Shown here: positions 51,211 through 64,000 of the stretch, piece by piece
Numbering within the stretch: position 1 is the first letter of the stretch
Layout: each line of letters begins with the position of its first letter
NCBI GenBank assembly: GCA_907165135.1
Contig: OU015566.1
Location: 10,726,001-10,790,000, forward strand
Reading direction: 5' to 3'
Length of the DNA stretch: 64,000 nt
DNA from: Oikopleura dioica
Lineage: Eukaryota > Animalia > Chordata
Program-made: the position numbers and the translations under genes
The notes under the pieces: model-generated
Told to the model about the DNA's origin: nothing
The model's input: only the letters and a program-made list of their open reading frames with translations
Databases searched by the model: none

Positions 51211-53988
51211 TCAGAATTGAACAGGCTTGAGAAGATCAGCGTTTTGTGCTAGAATCGTCTTCATGGGATCGTCGAGTAAGAGGTCGTTGACCCGTAGTGA
51301 TTCGTTGAAGTTGATTCCTGGCTCGTGGAAGTTGAAAGCTGCTGGGGGTGGAGCAGTTTCGCGGTGAAGGGTTTCGATTGCTCGACGCTCCTGAAAAAGG
51401 TCTAAAAGAAGATTTGGGATGAAGATTGTTGAACCTGTTGAAGAAGAACGCGCTCGCTATGGAGATTTTGCAACGCTTGTTCCGCTTGTCGCATTTTATC
51501 GTTCGCCCTCGCTTCGATTCGTTTCGCTGCTTCTAGTGCGGTTCTGCCCTCGGCAGTGTCCGAAATAAAGTCCGAGTAGCGTTTCTGATCAGAACTTATC
51601 AAGATTTCTCTAATGAAGATTTCTTACTTTGATTTCATCTTCCTCTCGTCGGATAGAAGCCTTTAGTCTCGTGATTTCCTCGCGTTCCAGCTTCAGCGAG
51701 CGCTTTTCATGCGTGACTTCCTCTTTTGCTTCTACGAGTTGTTTCTCTCGCAGCTCGATCTCCCGTAATCCGGCTTTCGTTGAAGCCGCGGCGGCTAAAA
51801 ATGAGTAAATTGAAGACAACGAGGAAGTAGCCTACCAGCAGCCTGCCTTAGATTCTCTTCATATTTCATAAAAGCATCCGGCTTGAGCGAATTGAAAATG
51901 GAGTTCTTGGCGTTTTGAAGCTCGGCCCACTCTTCGTGGACTTTTTGCTTCATTTCTGCCACTTTGTGGATTTGCTTTTGATGATCGTCCAGCAGCGTGT
52001 TTCTGTATTTGATGTTTTCGTGAGTCTTCTGTTGGATTTCTTGCTCGAGTTGAATTTTATTCTGAAATGGTTAAAAATGCTCTTGAAGGAATATTTTACC
52101 TCTTCTAATATTCTACGTTCAGTTTCGATTCTTTGAATTTCTGCTTCAAGCCTGAGTCGCTCATTGGAACTCATCTCTTTTTGCTCTCGATTGTATTTCA
52201 TCATTTCTTGCACCATTACAGTAAACCTCTCTCGTTCTGCGGCAAAGTTTTTCCTCTCCGCAGCAATAACTGCCTTGAGCGCGCTCATCTCGTGAATGAT
52301 TCCGGAATGGTCTGATGCTTTTGTAGTTTCTTCTTCGACTCGAATCGCGATTTCTTTGAGGGACTGAGTCGCTACTGTGACAGAGGCTAAAAGGTCTTTG
52401 ACATCACGGGTAGTTTCCGTGGCAGTTTTGTAAGCTTGGAGCTCTTCGTCATGCATTTTTCGTATTCTTGCAATTTGTGATTCCTACCAAAGAAAATCAG
52501 CAAAAGAATAGAATAAAAAAAGCCTACCTGTTCATCTCTCATCATACTCGACGCCTCCATATGCGCTTGTTTCATCCTATTTACATGTGCCTGGTGATCA
52601 ACAAATGCTTCATCTAGCCTCTTCTGACATCTCTGCGCCTCATTCAACTTTTCCTGCTGAGCGAAGTTCGCTTCTTGTCGTGCCAAATTAAGCTCCTTCG
52701 AAAGCCGGTCATTGTTTCCGACATTATTCGAGGAAAGCTCATGCAGCTGGGCGTCTTTGACGCTGAGTGCGCTTTTCAGTTGTTGAATTTCGATGCGAAG
52801 GGAGTTAAGCTCTTCGAGGTGGGATTCTGAGACTTGTTGAGCGGCAGAGGTAGTTTGGACGGCGGGATAGTTTGACACAGGAGTTGGAATGAAAGATGGC
52901 TTTTGACTGGGCGACTTCTCCGGCGGCGGGGATGGAGGATTGGAAACTTGAGGCGATGCTTCGATTATCGGCGTGGGTCTTTTCGTCTCTTGAGATGAAG
53001 CCTTCTTTTTCGGCTTTATGAACATATTGAACGTATCGTCGTCAGTATCACCGTCTCCGTTTTCGCTCCTGCCAAGACTCACGGGCTCGGAAACCGCTCT
53101 TTTAGGCCTTTCGGCGGTTGTTTCTTCAGGCTTTTTGGTTCCAAGCAAATCGGCTAAAAACGATTCATCATGTGACTCCTGTGGTGGAGACGCTGCTCTG
53201 GTTGACGATTTCTTTGCTGGTGGCTTTTGAATTGAAATTGAAGATTCAGAAATATCGATGTCAGAGAAGCCTGGTACAGAAGTGGCGCTAGCGAAGATAT
53301 CTTCATTTGATTTCGAGGAATTAACTTTTTCTGGCTTCTTCACCGATGTGTCTGACATCTTTCCTGTAGAAGAAACGGAGCTTTTGGAGGCGACTGGCTG
53401 CATTTTTCGGGGCTCAGGTGGGGCTTCTGATGGCTCAGACTTTAACAAGTCGTCATCGTCGGTAAACTCGAATTCAGGCATGGAAGTTGACGGTTTCTCA
53501 ATTTTTTTCGCAGAAGATGCTGCATGAAAATTTGGAGCCGAGACGCTGTCAGAAAACTCGAACTCTTTTTCCGTTGATGGTGATTTGGCCTTTTCCTGCT
53601 TTTTCGAGACTGCAGATGTATTGCTCGATTTAGTAAATGGTGCTAGCAACTCATCCAAGTTATCGTCGCTTTCGTCGAGATTAAAGTCAAATTTTGGCTT
53701 CTCGGCAACTGTTGGTTTTTCTTGCTCTGGCGCTGGAATATGCTGAGCCGATGTTGTCTTTAAAATGCCGCCAGTTTTTGTTGTAGACGAAGTGGGCCCT
53801 TCTTGACCTGTGAAAGAAACTTTCTTCCCTGGAGCAGGCGCGCTAGTTGTTTGTGTCAATTTTTTATCACTAGCTCCCAGGCCACCGAAAAGAGCATCGT
53901 CCATCTCATCTACTCCTCCCGTAACGACGGGCAATGCATCGGAACTATGCCAAGATGAATCATCATTATCAGAATCGGAAAAGTCCAT
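51211..53988 (-). CDS. Protein with long acidic/Ser-rich disordered N-terminus and coiled-coil C-terminus (FBF1-like architecture, tentative)
   Basis: 533-aa ORF followed by several in-phase E/K/R/Q-rich exons; stop at 51211; family call from architecture only. Confidence 0.7.
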
Positions 53989-54366
53989 TCCTAGAAAAAA
54001 AATTTTAGTTACGAAAGTTCATAAAATCCTATACATGTATTCAATTTTAATTTGAGGACAGTGACAAAGCGTTAATTGTTAAATGAGGTACAGAATGGAA
54101 TCAAAAAATATTTCATCGGTTAGAGACAATGTTGAACTTGAAAAGGCATAAAAATGTTTAAAATTCTATAATTCTTCTTTTGCATAGTTGAAATTCAATA
54201 ATTGAACAATAAGTTGACATGTATGAGTTGAACATAATGAAAATAAAAACGAGGCTAATTAGGAAAAAATTTTGCGATTGGAATAAATGGAGGTGAGGAG
54301 GATGTTTGAATAAAAAATGACTGCTCGGCAGTATAGCAAGTTCGGAAGTTGAGTATTTTTATGCTT

Positions 54367-57085
54367 CTAAGCGATGATGGTGGTCTTTCTGGCACTATTT
54401 TTGAAGCGGCGATGATAGACATCAAGCTTGACGTATTTTATTTGAATGAGCTGTCGTTTGTACCAGTAGGCTCGGATTCGATCGTATACTGAAAAATATT
54501 GTTGACATGTTCAAAATTGAAGGTGTACCTTCTCCAGCTTTCTCAGTGCTGGAGCACTTGACATAGACAGTTCCATCGCTTGGAACCATGTCAATGTCGA
54601 CCACTCCGTTGATACCGTCGCACCACTTGATCAGGGTCTCCTTTATTTCTTCATGCTCTTTAGGGTTGAAGTCTTTCTGAGCTAGCATGTTTCGAATCTT
54701 CAGACATTCCGCTAAAAATAAGGCTTGAATAAACTTTTTTTTTGTCAAATAACCGAGAGGAGCAGCTCGCGAAGTGGTCTCATCGTGCGCTTTGATTGAT
54801 TGATCAATCCACGCCCAGTATTCTCCCTCTTCGCCGTTGACAACTTTCTGCTCCGTTCGGAGCCGACTATCCCGCTTGATGGAATTCACAGCCTGTGGCC
54901 AAAGCTTTCCGAGAGTTACGTCTCCCATGGGGATGATTTGGTCGCGGATGCGCTCGACTGACATTCCTGTACTTCCATGACTATAAAGAGAGAGTTTTAC
55001 TTTCATCAAGAAAAGAAAGCGTTACCGAGCAGAATGATTCTGAAGACAGTCGATAATCTCTCGCACAACTTGCTGGATCTCTATTTCGTTCTTTCTCCTC
55101 TTAGCTGCCACCTTAGGAAGATAGTGATTGCGATTGAATTTCAGGACATACCATGTTCATGAAATAGGACAAAATCATCGATAGCACGCAGATGACAGTA
55201 GCGACTCGGATTTTGAAATAGTTCTCTGAGAGAAATTTAACACCCCCACAGGAGAAACCAAGATCGATCTTGGCATCATCGTTGAGGCTCACAAATCCAT
55301 CTTCGCTTCTGATACAAATGTTAGCTGTGTTTAGCATCAAAGTCTTTGTCTTACATTTTGAGGTAGTTAGCGATGTTTTCATTTGTCATTATTTCATTAG
55401 TTATTTCCTTGTTGATTTCATCGCCAAAATTGAGCGAGGCGAGTGGGGTCAACTTGGAGACATCACGCGGGCCTAGAATTGTGAATAAATCTTGTATCTT
55501 TTTTTAAGAATTTACCAGTGACGATATTCGTAAAATCGCAGACGGCTGTTCGAGTATCGTACTCGACTTGATTGAAAAGATCAACGAGCTTGGACTTGAT
55601 GCTTTCGCCGATTTCGGTCGTTTCCATGGGGGTTTGATCGACAAAATCAACCTCGTCTGAAACACTGGGGAGAATGGTGATACCAGCCTTGAAGCAATAG
55701 ATGCCGACGATAAAGCAGAAGCCTCCAAGGGCTAGAATAAAAGCTCATCATTGAAACCACGTTGCGTTATTTACCGATAAAGGGGAGATATTGCGAGAAG
55801 CGGATCGCAAATGTATCCTCAACGGGTTCATTTGGCTGAGGGAGACGAGATTTTTCAGTTCGTTGACGCTTCTCAGGAGGCTGAGGTGTCGCTTGCGTGA
55901 GGATTGAGGCATGTCGATTAGGTGGAGGAGGGCTTCGGTGACTGCTTGGCTGAGGAACAGGAAGGACTCCTTCGTCGCTGCGCCGTTTGACGGAAGAAAC
56001 TGGACGGGGAGGAGTTCTGGAAAAAGGATCAAATAATGAAGATTATTCTTGAAATACCTTTTTACATTTCTAGGTCGGACAACGGGCGACACGTAGTTAG
56101 AGGTTGACTCAGTCGCTATTCAAAGTTTTACTGATCATCCAAACGGATAAAGCAAACTTACCAAGAGGTGAAATTTTAGAGGTAGTTTGTTTGAGAGGTG
56201 ATTCGGAATAGTCCACCACTGGCTTTGTATTTCGCTCTCTAAGAGGAGTTCTACAACTTGGTCAAAGAACACCAACATCGATTTATTACTCACCTTGATG
56301 GAGCTTTTTCTGGCGTCTCAAGCAACGTAGATGATTCGAGACAAGATGTGCCCATATCGACCATGGGCGGAAGTGGCTCCTCATCTTCAGAAGATGAAAA
56401 GTGTTCGATGACCTGCGGTTCTGGCCGGTAAACCTCTTGAACTGCATTTTTCTTTGGAGATTTTTTGGGAGATTTTCGCACGAGCACTTTTTGCGCCTGG
56501 CGCTCCTGTCTGTAGTCACTTCGAGCCTCGAGAAAATGTCAGGATAAAAATCTCTTAGAGAGAACTTACAGGTTCGTCGTCAGTACTAAACTCAAGCAAG
56601 GATGAAGATTGAGTGGATTCTCCCTGCGCCTCGCGGATCTTCTTGTGGTAGACCTTTCTCGTCTGTGGATTGACCGGGCCATGACGAATTCCGTAGAAGC
56701 GGAGAACTTTGATGATTTCTAAAGAATCTGATCAAAACAGGTACTGTGACCAAATACAACCTTCATTCGAAAGACTGGCCGGATCAGCCATGTTGATGTC
56801 CTCGTTTTCGGTCATAGTCTTCGGCTTTTTAAATATGGTCTCAGGTTCTGCCTCTGGCTCATCATCTTCATCTCCGCTAGAGTCTTCGACCACGAACTGC
56901 TGCTGACTTCGCGTTTTGGAAGTCGTTTTTTCAAAGAACGATTTTTGTGGCGCGCTCTTTGGAGTGCCTCTCGCAGCTCTGAGCTTCTCAATCTTTTTAA
57001 TGTAGATCTTTCGCGTAGTAGCAGTAAGAGGTCCGCATTTTTCGCCTAACTCCTTCAGCTGCGCTCGGATTTCCGCATCATCCAT
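54367..57085 (-). CDS. LEMD3: Inner nuclear membrane protein MAN1
   Basis: N-terminal LEM (EIRAQLKELGEKCGPLTATTRKIYIKKI), TM segment, MSC/winged helix (VERIRDQII..LWPQAV), C-terminal UHM/RRM CLKIRNM...GTVYVKC...YHRRF. Confidence 0.9.
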
Positions 57086-57326
57086 TTTTCTGAACGCAAA
57101 GATGCTACTTTCTATACTAAAGTTGCGAAATTTGCTCTGATTGAATCTGACTTGCCGATAGAGAAGAATCAGGAAGGGAAAAGTTTCTCCGAAATGGGGC
57201 GAATTTATTGTTTATTGTGAGCAATTATACAGTAAAATAGCTAAACTGCAGTTGCTCAATAAATAGAGAGTTGAACTTATGTTCAGGCTTCTTATGAAAA
57301 CAGGGAATTTGAGGAGAATGTTCTTT

Positions 57327-57676
57327 TTAGTCTTCGAATCGGTGGATACCGTAGGATTTCCATGCCTTCTGGTGTCGCCAGATCTTAAATTCGGTTTGTT
57401 ACTTGACGGCCTCAAAAGCTCTTCTGTTACCTGGAAGTTCTGACCGCAAGTGGTCATGGGGATCTTGTAGACCATGAATGGGGCGATCATCATCATGGCG
57501 ACCTGACCGTACCAGCCGAAGTTCTTGACTCGCATGGCTCCTCGGTCTGAAAGGGGGCATTCAAAGGGATTAAAGGTAATGAAGATCTTACTGGTGGCAA
57601 CATTGTAGTTGGATTGCCAGGAGAACTCCATGAGAGATCGTCGAGCGAGGGTGGGGCGGGCGAGTTTCGACAACAT
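57327..57676 (-). CDS. Small predicted mitochondrial membrane protein (2 exons)
   Basis: Presequence-like MLSKLARPTLARRS, hydrophobic segment GQVAMMMIAPFMVY, second exon IWRHQKAWKSYGIHRFED-stop. Confidence 0.7.
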
Positions 57677-58006
57677 TCTATCACAGAGAAACGTTAAAGT
57701 TGAATTCCTGAAAAACATTTAAAGAAAGAAAAGAAAGACGGGATATTACAGATACGCTAAAGAAAAATCTTCAAATTCCTGAAGATTCGATAAATATAAT
57801 TTTAAAATTTTGATGTTTTAGGAAACTAAAGCTCTCACTATCGATCGAAAATCGATAAAACTTGAAGGAAAAGCCAAAATTTCCAATTTTTTCGCCGAAG
57901 AGTTTCTCCAAAAACATTCTCTTCCCTTCGTTTTTCAAAAATACACACCATAAATGAATCTAGAGACACTCTAAAACAGTGAAATAATTGCGATCGAAAA
58001 GCGCGA

Positions 58007-58036
58007 GCGCAGCGGCGCAGAATTCTGATTGGCCGA
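58007..58036. promoter_or_regulatory. GCGCAGCGGCG motif plus CCAAT box in a bidirectional promoter
   Basis: Lies between divergent genes; both motifs recur at other divergent intergenic regions (46970-46980; 554-565). Confidence 0.45.
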
Positions 58037-58212
58037 TCCCCAAATAGCCTCGAAAATTCGTCAATCGCGCAGAAAGTGATTTTTTCCTCTCGAATTCTAG
58101 AAATTCCATGGCGTATTCTGTAAAATAACCACGTCGATTAATTTTACGTTCATAATTATTTTAACTAAAATGCTAATTATCTTAGATCGGAAAAATTGGT
58201 AATGAAAAATAA

Positions 58213-61200
58213 ATGGAACCGACCGGGGAAATAACCTTGGTACACATACAAGCAGCCCTCGAGTCACTGTACAATGATCCGAATCCACAGAACAAGGATG
58301 CTGCCCAGAAATGGTTGATCAAAGCGCAACGAGATAAATCCGCCTGGAATTGGTGCTTCCAGGACATGTTCACCGAAAACCCGATGTCACGAAATAGACG
58401 ATCTTTTTCTGATCGAATTTATAGACGAAAGTGATTACTCGAGATATCGAGAAGCCGCTTGCGGTTCCACGCGGCTAATAAATTTAGTCCCTCAAAGCCG
58501 CAAGCGGCTTCTCGATCCCAAATCAGGATTCCCAACAGACTAAATCTTTATATATCACGGTTTTATGAACCTATGACAGCTTTTAAACAGTGCATATTCC
58601 GTAGAAGTACAGTATTTTGGCGCAAATGTGCTTCATTACAAAATTGCCAACTGCTGGAATGAAATTCCACAGGAACAAATTGCTGATCTTCGCCAGACTC
58701 TCATGGAAACAGGTCCTTTTCACCGGAGAAATACACTTTCTAATCGAAACTCTAGTGTTTCGCTATGCAACAGGCCCGAAAATCGTGCTCACAAGAACAT
58801 GCGTTGCTCTTGCTGCTCTCGTCCTCCATCTAGTTACTGGATATTGGGATACAGCTGTCAATGATATTATCCATACACTGAAGAACGTCGATGTAAAACT
58901 CTCAATTTCAAGACAAGAAAAATCAACCTCAGTTTAGTTTGCCGGAGCTACAATGGTTCAAAAGTTCATCGCCTTGCTAGAAATTCTCACCGTCTTGCCA
59001 GAAGAATTACAAACCTCCCGACTTGACAAAGCAACTCGACGAGATGTTCGGGTCGGTTTAACGAAGGGTGCAGAACAAGTTCTTGCCCTTCTGCTGCAGA
59101 TTTTAACAGATGCTTCCAGTGATAATTGTGCGAAGGTAGGAGATTCTTAGGGTTGAAATAAGAGATGAAACAAAATTTTTTTCAGGAAAAAGCGCTAAAA
59201 TGCCTGGCCAGCTGGCTAGTTCTCGAGCTACCTCCCGATTTGACTACCAACCACGTTTCCTTATGTTTTGATTTTATCCGTCAACGAGAATTGTTTGAAG
59301 TAAGTAACTTTGAAAATTGAGTATTTATTGTTGACTTATCGATGGATCCTCCGTCCCGCGAGGCGCCTGAGCAGTTTAACAAACAGTCAAACAGTACCAT
59401 AATGTTTCAGGTATCAGTCGAGGGAATTCTAGCTGCTCTCAATTCAGCCCACACTCATGCTTATCCCGCGTCGATAGAGGCGATTTTCCCCAAGGTTCTT
59501 GCTCTTGGTAAGTCACAGAGATAAGTTTCCTTCAGAAAAACAAAAAAGACTTCTTGTTTTTTTAATATTTTGTTATGCGATGAGTCTCCCCAGAATAATA
59601 TTTGCTTTAGATCCATTGCTAAATGAAGCCATAAAAAATCAAGACCAAGAAAGCCTCCTCGGCATATCGAAAATTGTGTGCGCTCTGTGCGAGCATCATA
59701 CTCGTTTGTTACTGGCGAAGATTGAACCCTTCGGCGCGCAGCTCATCCAAATGGTCCTCAAAATTACCTCATTTCCTTTGCAGTATCCCACTGAAGAAGC
59801 GGCAAGTCCAATTTCGTTCTCCTTTTGGTACTCGTTGCAGGACGAGTTTGATGCCATGGACCAGCAGAGACAGCAGAATTGGGGAAGGTTTCGTGTGCTT
59901 TTGAAGCGCCTTTCTAACCGATTTCTAGGTTTATCCATACGCTGTTTTTCACGCTTGTAGACAAACTAGTCGTGAAATGCAAACATCCCGACATGTCGAA
60001 ATGGTCAGCTGAAGAAAAAGAGCAGTATCGAGTCTATCGGATTGACGTTTCCGACACTCTTATGTACATTTTTAATTTACTCGGCCCCGGAATGCTTCAA
60101 TTTCTCGTCGACATTCTCGTTCGTCAGTGTAGTCAAATGCCCAACTACGATTGGGGCATTGTGGAGAGTCTGCTTTTCTGCTTCTATTCGATTGTCGAGT
60201 CGTGCGATGCAGAGGGCGACTTTATGACTCCAGTAGTCAACATTTTACCTAAGCTTGATATGACTAATCAGTATCTTGGTAAGCCTAACTAGTCCATTTC
60301 CCCTTTTTATCTCTTTTTTAAGCTGAAACTTGCATGTACACGGTCGGCGCTTTAGCCGAGTGGCTGACCTACCGCACCGAGTATCTGCCCGTGCTGTTAC
60401 CTATCGTCATTCCTGGCCTGCGCGATCCTTCCCTCGCGCTTACTGCTGTATTAACCCTCAAGCGCATCACGCGCGAGTGTCGATTCTGCGAATGCTTCAC
60501 CAAGGGCACACTCTCAATTGAACTCGTTGTTGCCATGCGCGATGCTCTTCATGTTGGGCATCTCAAAGGACAAGAGTCCGGCTGGCTCGTCCAATCTATA
60601 GGTAAATCCTTCTTCTTTGAATAAAGTTAACCCTCGCGTGCAGGTCACGTACTTTCCGCTTTGCAAGAAGATGAATGCTTGAAGCAACTTGAACTCGTTA
60701 TTGCACGATATGTGGTGCGCGTTGAGCAACTCTGCCAACAACAACCGACACAACAAAACAGAGCAGCTCTTATCGAAGGTACTTCGTACCATAAAAAAGC
60801 GATAGCTCAAATTCTTGTTCAGACATTTCACTACTATCACACTTACAATCGACGCTCGACAGAGCGAAACAAGACGATGCTGGAAATATCATCGTCGTAA
60901 ATCAGCGTCCCGCCGCGCTGGTGCTCGAAAAAATGATTCCTCTTTTAAAAGAAGTTGTTAAACGATACTTCGAAGATGCAGAAACTATACACGTGAGTCT
61001 CGAATTGATTTTCTTTTCTCAACATTGCTCAGGTTGTCACCCAGTTCTTCGACAAATCCATCAAAACGATGATGGACCACGCCACTGTTTTCGTCACGCC
61101 AATCACTGAACTCCTAGTTCAAATCACTCCCAACTCATCTGCATTAGTTGAAATAATTCAGCAAATCATTTCTGTCTATTCTGATGTCAAGCAGGTACAG

Positions 61201-62054
61201 AAAAATTGTATCATTCATATCCTCTATCATCGCTTTTAGCCTGAATGCCATAAACTCCTTCAATGTATATCCTGTCACTTACAGCATCTCACCAAAGCCG
61301 GAGGTCTTCCTCACAATCCTGATATAGTTTCATCCTCACTAGGTACAGTTACTCACTTCCAACAACAGTTTATTTACTCTTCAGATTTATACGCTAATCT
61401 GATCCGCAAAAAGACGCCATTTATACTCGCCGCGCTTCCTCCAATCGAAGGCATGTCCATGATGGAACATGCCGGAAAACTGAGCCACAGTGGACTCTAC
61501 TTCTGCGAGCCGCCAGTCGTCAAAGCGGCCATTTCACTCATTACAGAGGCTTCAAGGCAAGCATCTTTGCAAGAGATGATCACTCACTTTGGCCAGGCGT
61601 GGCTTCTGGCGCTGATGGACGTAAGTTCTTTATTAAAAGTCGTGTTTTTCTGACTCATCGGAGTCCCGACAAAAAACTCAAAAGCACCATTGTTTTCATT
61701 AAGCCCGCTTATTTACTCTTTTCCGCTTTAGAACATCACGGGCAACGCTGGACGGCAGTTATTGGACTTTATAGCCGATGGACTATTTGCACTGTCGAAG
61801 CCAAACGTGACCGTTTTCTCGCAGTGGATGAATTTTTGGAAAAACGAGCGCATTAAAAAATTTGAAGCCGCAAATGGCAAAGAGACGGAAGCCCAGCGAA
61901 ATCATTTTATACAGCAATTAATACGGTAATTTGCCTAAAAAATGCGTTTCTTTATAAAAATTTTCGCATCAGAGAAAGAACGAACAAGCGAAAAGTTCGC
62001 GAGATTTGCACGCAATTCTCCATGCTCGCCCGTGGCCTCCATGGAGTCAGTTAG
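58213..62054 (+). CDS. IPO13: Importin-13
   Basis: ALESLYNDPNPQNKDAAQKWL, EVQYFGA, GPKIVLTRTCVALA, LEILTVLPEE, FWYSLQD, YRIDVSDTLMY, ERTNKRKVRE..RGLHG; first intron GA-AG 58363-58579. Confidence 0.92.
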
Positions 62055-62678
62055 AAACTTCCTGCCAAGTTCACCCATCCATACTCTCTCAACTACATCC
62101 GCTAACTCCGAGACGCTGCCATACACAGTTTTACCCAACTTTACTTACTACTTCTGTAATAAAAAAACAAAGACCAGCTTTGTCAAGACGAGACACAAAA
62201 ACACTGCTCTAATAATAAAAGAAAAAAGTCCGATAAATAAAATAAAAAAGTCATCATCAATTAAATCAAAAATTGAATTAATTAGTTCCAGTTATGTTCT
62301 GTAAAACAAGAATCACACTATTATCTAGCTAGAATTCTACTGTACTCTTTTCATTGAAAAGATAATCAACCAAACTTACACTCGTTTATGTTTGATGCAC
62401 CAATTTGTATCAGTCTTCGATTCGTAGAAATTTAGCATCTTTGCATCAAAACAAGTTTCTTTCTAGTTCGTAGAGAATTACGCATATTTAGTTATTATTA
62501 TTCTTCCAGTTGCCAGAAGACGATCTTTTCATTCTACTCTAAATTATTGTTCCTTTTTAAAAACGATTAGCTCTCTACTAAATCCACTGTTTCAAGAATC
62601 TGAAAGTAACTGTGTGAAACAATGAAGAAAAAGCGAAAACTGATAGATTTATCTAATTAGATTCTGATTATTTCAGAA

Positions 62679-63151
62679 ATGGATGGTGAGATTCCTTCCG
62701 CACCGAGGCTGTGCATATTCTGCAGGCAGCCTGGCCCGCAGTATTCCATCATCAATCACAAGAAAGACAAGAACAGATCAGAAGCACATATCAGCAAAGC
62801 ATGGCTCTGTGACGCCTGTTTAGGTACGAACATTATTTTATTGATAACCACGGTATCAGAATAACAAAAATGTCTCAGAGACTTCCCACGAGTCTGAGGT
62901 TGATCGAGTTCTTTCAATTTGAATTTTTTGTTCTTCATAAAAAAGATCTTTTCCTATACTCCAAAGTATACTTATCCTTATCTATAAGATCATAGCATCA
63001 AAAAGAAGCAATACTTGGAGGTATTGCGACTTTAACCGAAAAGCAAGTGAACAAAAAGCAACATGAAATATTGTGGAGATCGACGGCAGATATGGGTCTC
63101 GAAAGAACTCCATCTTACAAGTGGAAAGATAAATTCAAGGGCTTCTGTTAA
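62679..63151 (+). CDS. Small orphan protein with CxxC...CxxC putative zinc finger (3 exons)
   Basis: MDGEIPSAPRLCIFC...WLCDACL / ETSHESE / HQKEAILGG...KFKGFC-stop joined by phase-compatible GT-AG introns. Confidence 0.55.
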
Positions 63152-63448
63152 TTTTTACGGTAGCGATATCGGCGCTCCATCTCAACAACATTTTCATGTT
63201 GCCTTTTCTTCACTTACTTTTCTGTGAAAGTGACAAAAACTCAGGGTATTATACTTTTGCTTTTTGGGAAATCGGTTTCCAGATACCGGAGGACGTTATA
63301 TAATAATTCTAAAGAGAAGAATGTATCCTTAGATATAATTACGTTCAATTAGATGAACGAATTCAGCATCGCAATATTAATCCTCTCCGCTTCAGTTAGT
63401 TTTACTTTACTCAGTTCCTACTTGCTCTTCTCCGCCAAATTACTGAAA

Positions 63449-64000
63449 ATGAGTTTAGAAAACAACAATTTCGACGGGATTGGAAATCTAACTGCGGACG
63501 GAGAAACGGACGAGCACGGCAGACTCATGCCAAAGCCACTCTATCTTCCTAACGACAAGAGCCACATCAAATCCTGCTGGACGAGGCTCAAACTCGCCTT
63601 GGACAGTTTATATCAGGTAAGAATATCCATCGTTCTATGGTTGTTTACAAGACCTTCAGAGAATATACGAAGACAGCGAAGATGGCCTCGTAGATGCGAT
63701 CGAAAATCTTGTTGTCAGTCAAGCCGAGCTTGTTAATTGCGCTCATATATGTGCGGATGAGGATTCTGTCCAGGTAATTTTCAATTCAAAATACCAAAAA
63801 ATAACGGTTTCTTCAGCTTCTGCAAAGAATCGACGCACAAGCTCAGAAATACGTTCTTCAATGTAAACAACGTCTCATAGGTTGGTTCCAAACTTCGTTT
63901 CCTCATTTATCAACCTTCATTTATTCCATTATATTTTGTAGTTTACCGTATACATATACTGTATACGTTAGGTAGCTAGATTATTATTTGAAATTTAATA
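63449..64000 (+). CDS. Unknown spliced gene, probably continuing beyond the window
   Basis: In-phase exons ...RLKLALDSLYQ / RIYEDSEDGLVDAIENL...DSVQ / LLQRIDAQAQKYVLQCKQRLI; start uncertain. Confidence 0.55.

Overview
Eukaryotic, gene-dense, AT-rich window with very short introns (often 35-60 nt), several GA-AG introns and tightly packed co-oriented genes with AG acceptors just before the ATG. This architecture best fits a larvacean tunicate such as Oikopleura (inference). Recognisable genes: TLC-domain protein, HSD17B4-type SDR dehydrogenase, cyclin E-like (with an intronic tRNA-Cys), MTCH2-like, DDX41, a fibrinogen-domain protein, SULF, FAM166/CIMIP2-like, four tandem Ser-Gly + SEA-like + GPI-signal paralogues, an sPLA2-like gene, UXS1, a long coiled-coil gene, MAN1/LEMD3, IPO13 and several orphans, two of them nested antisense inside introns. 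The most striking locus is the SDR gene (4924-14159): about 1 kb of intact coding sequence is stretched over 9.2 kb by non-autonomous TIR transposons. One element duplicates the AG/GT of a splice acceptor as its 8-bp TSD. Another sits inside a coding exon, yet its TIRs supply an in-frame GT...AG pair, and it carries about 38 copies of a 56-bp hairpin satellite. This looks like transposon-to-intron conversion caught in progress, although a TE-killed allele cannot be excluded. Exon boundaries were inferred by eye and are approximate unless stated otherwise.
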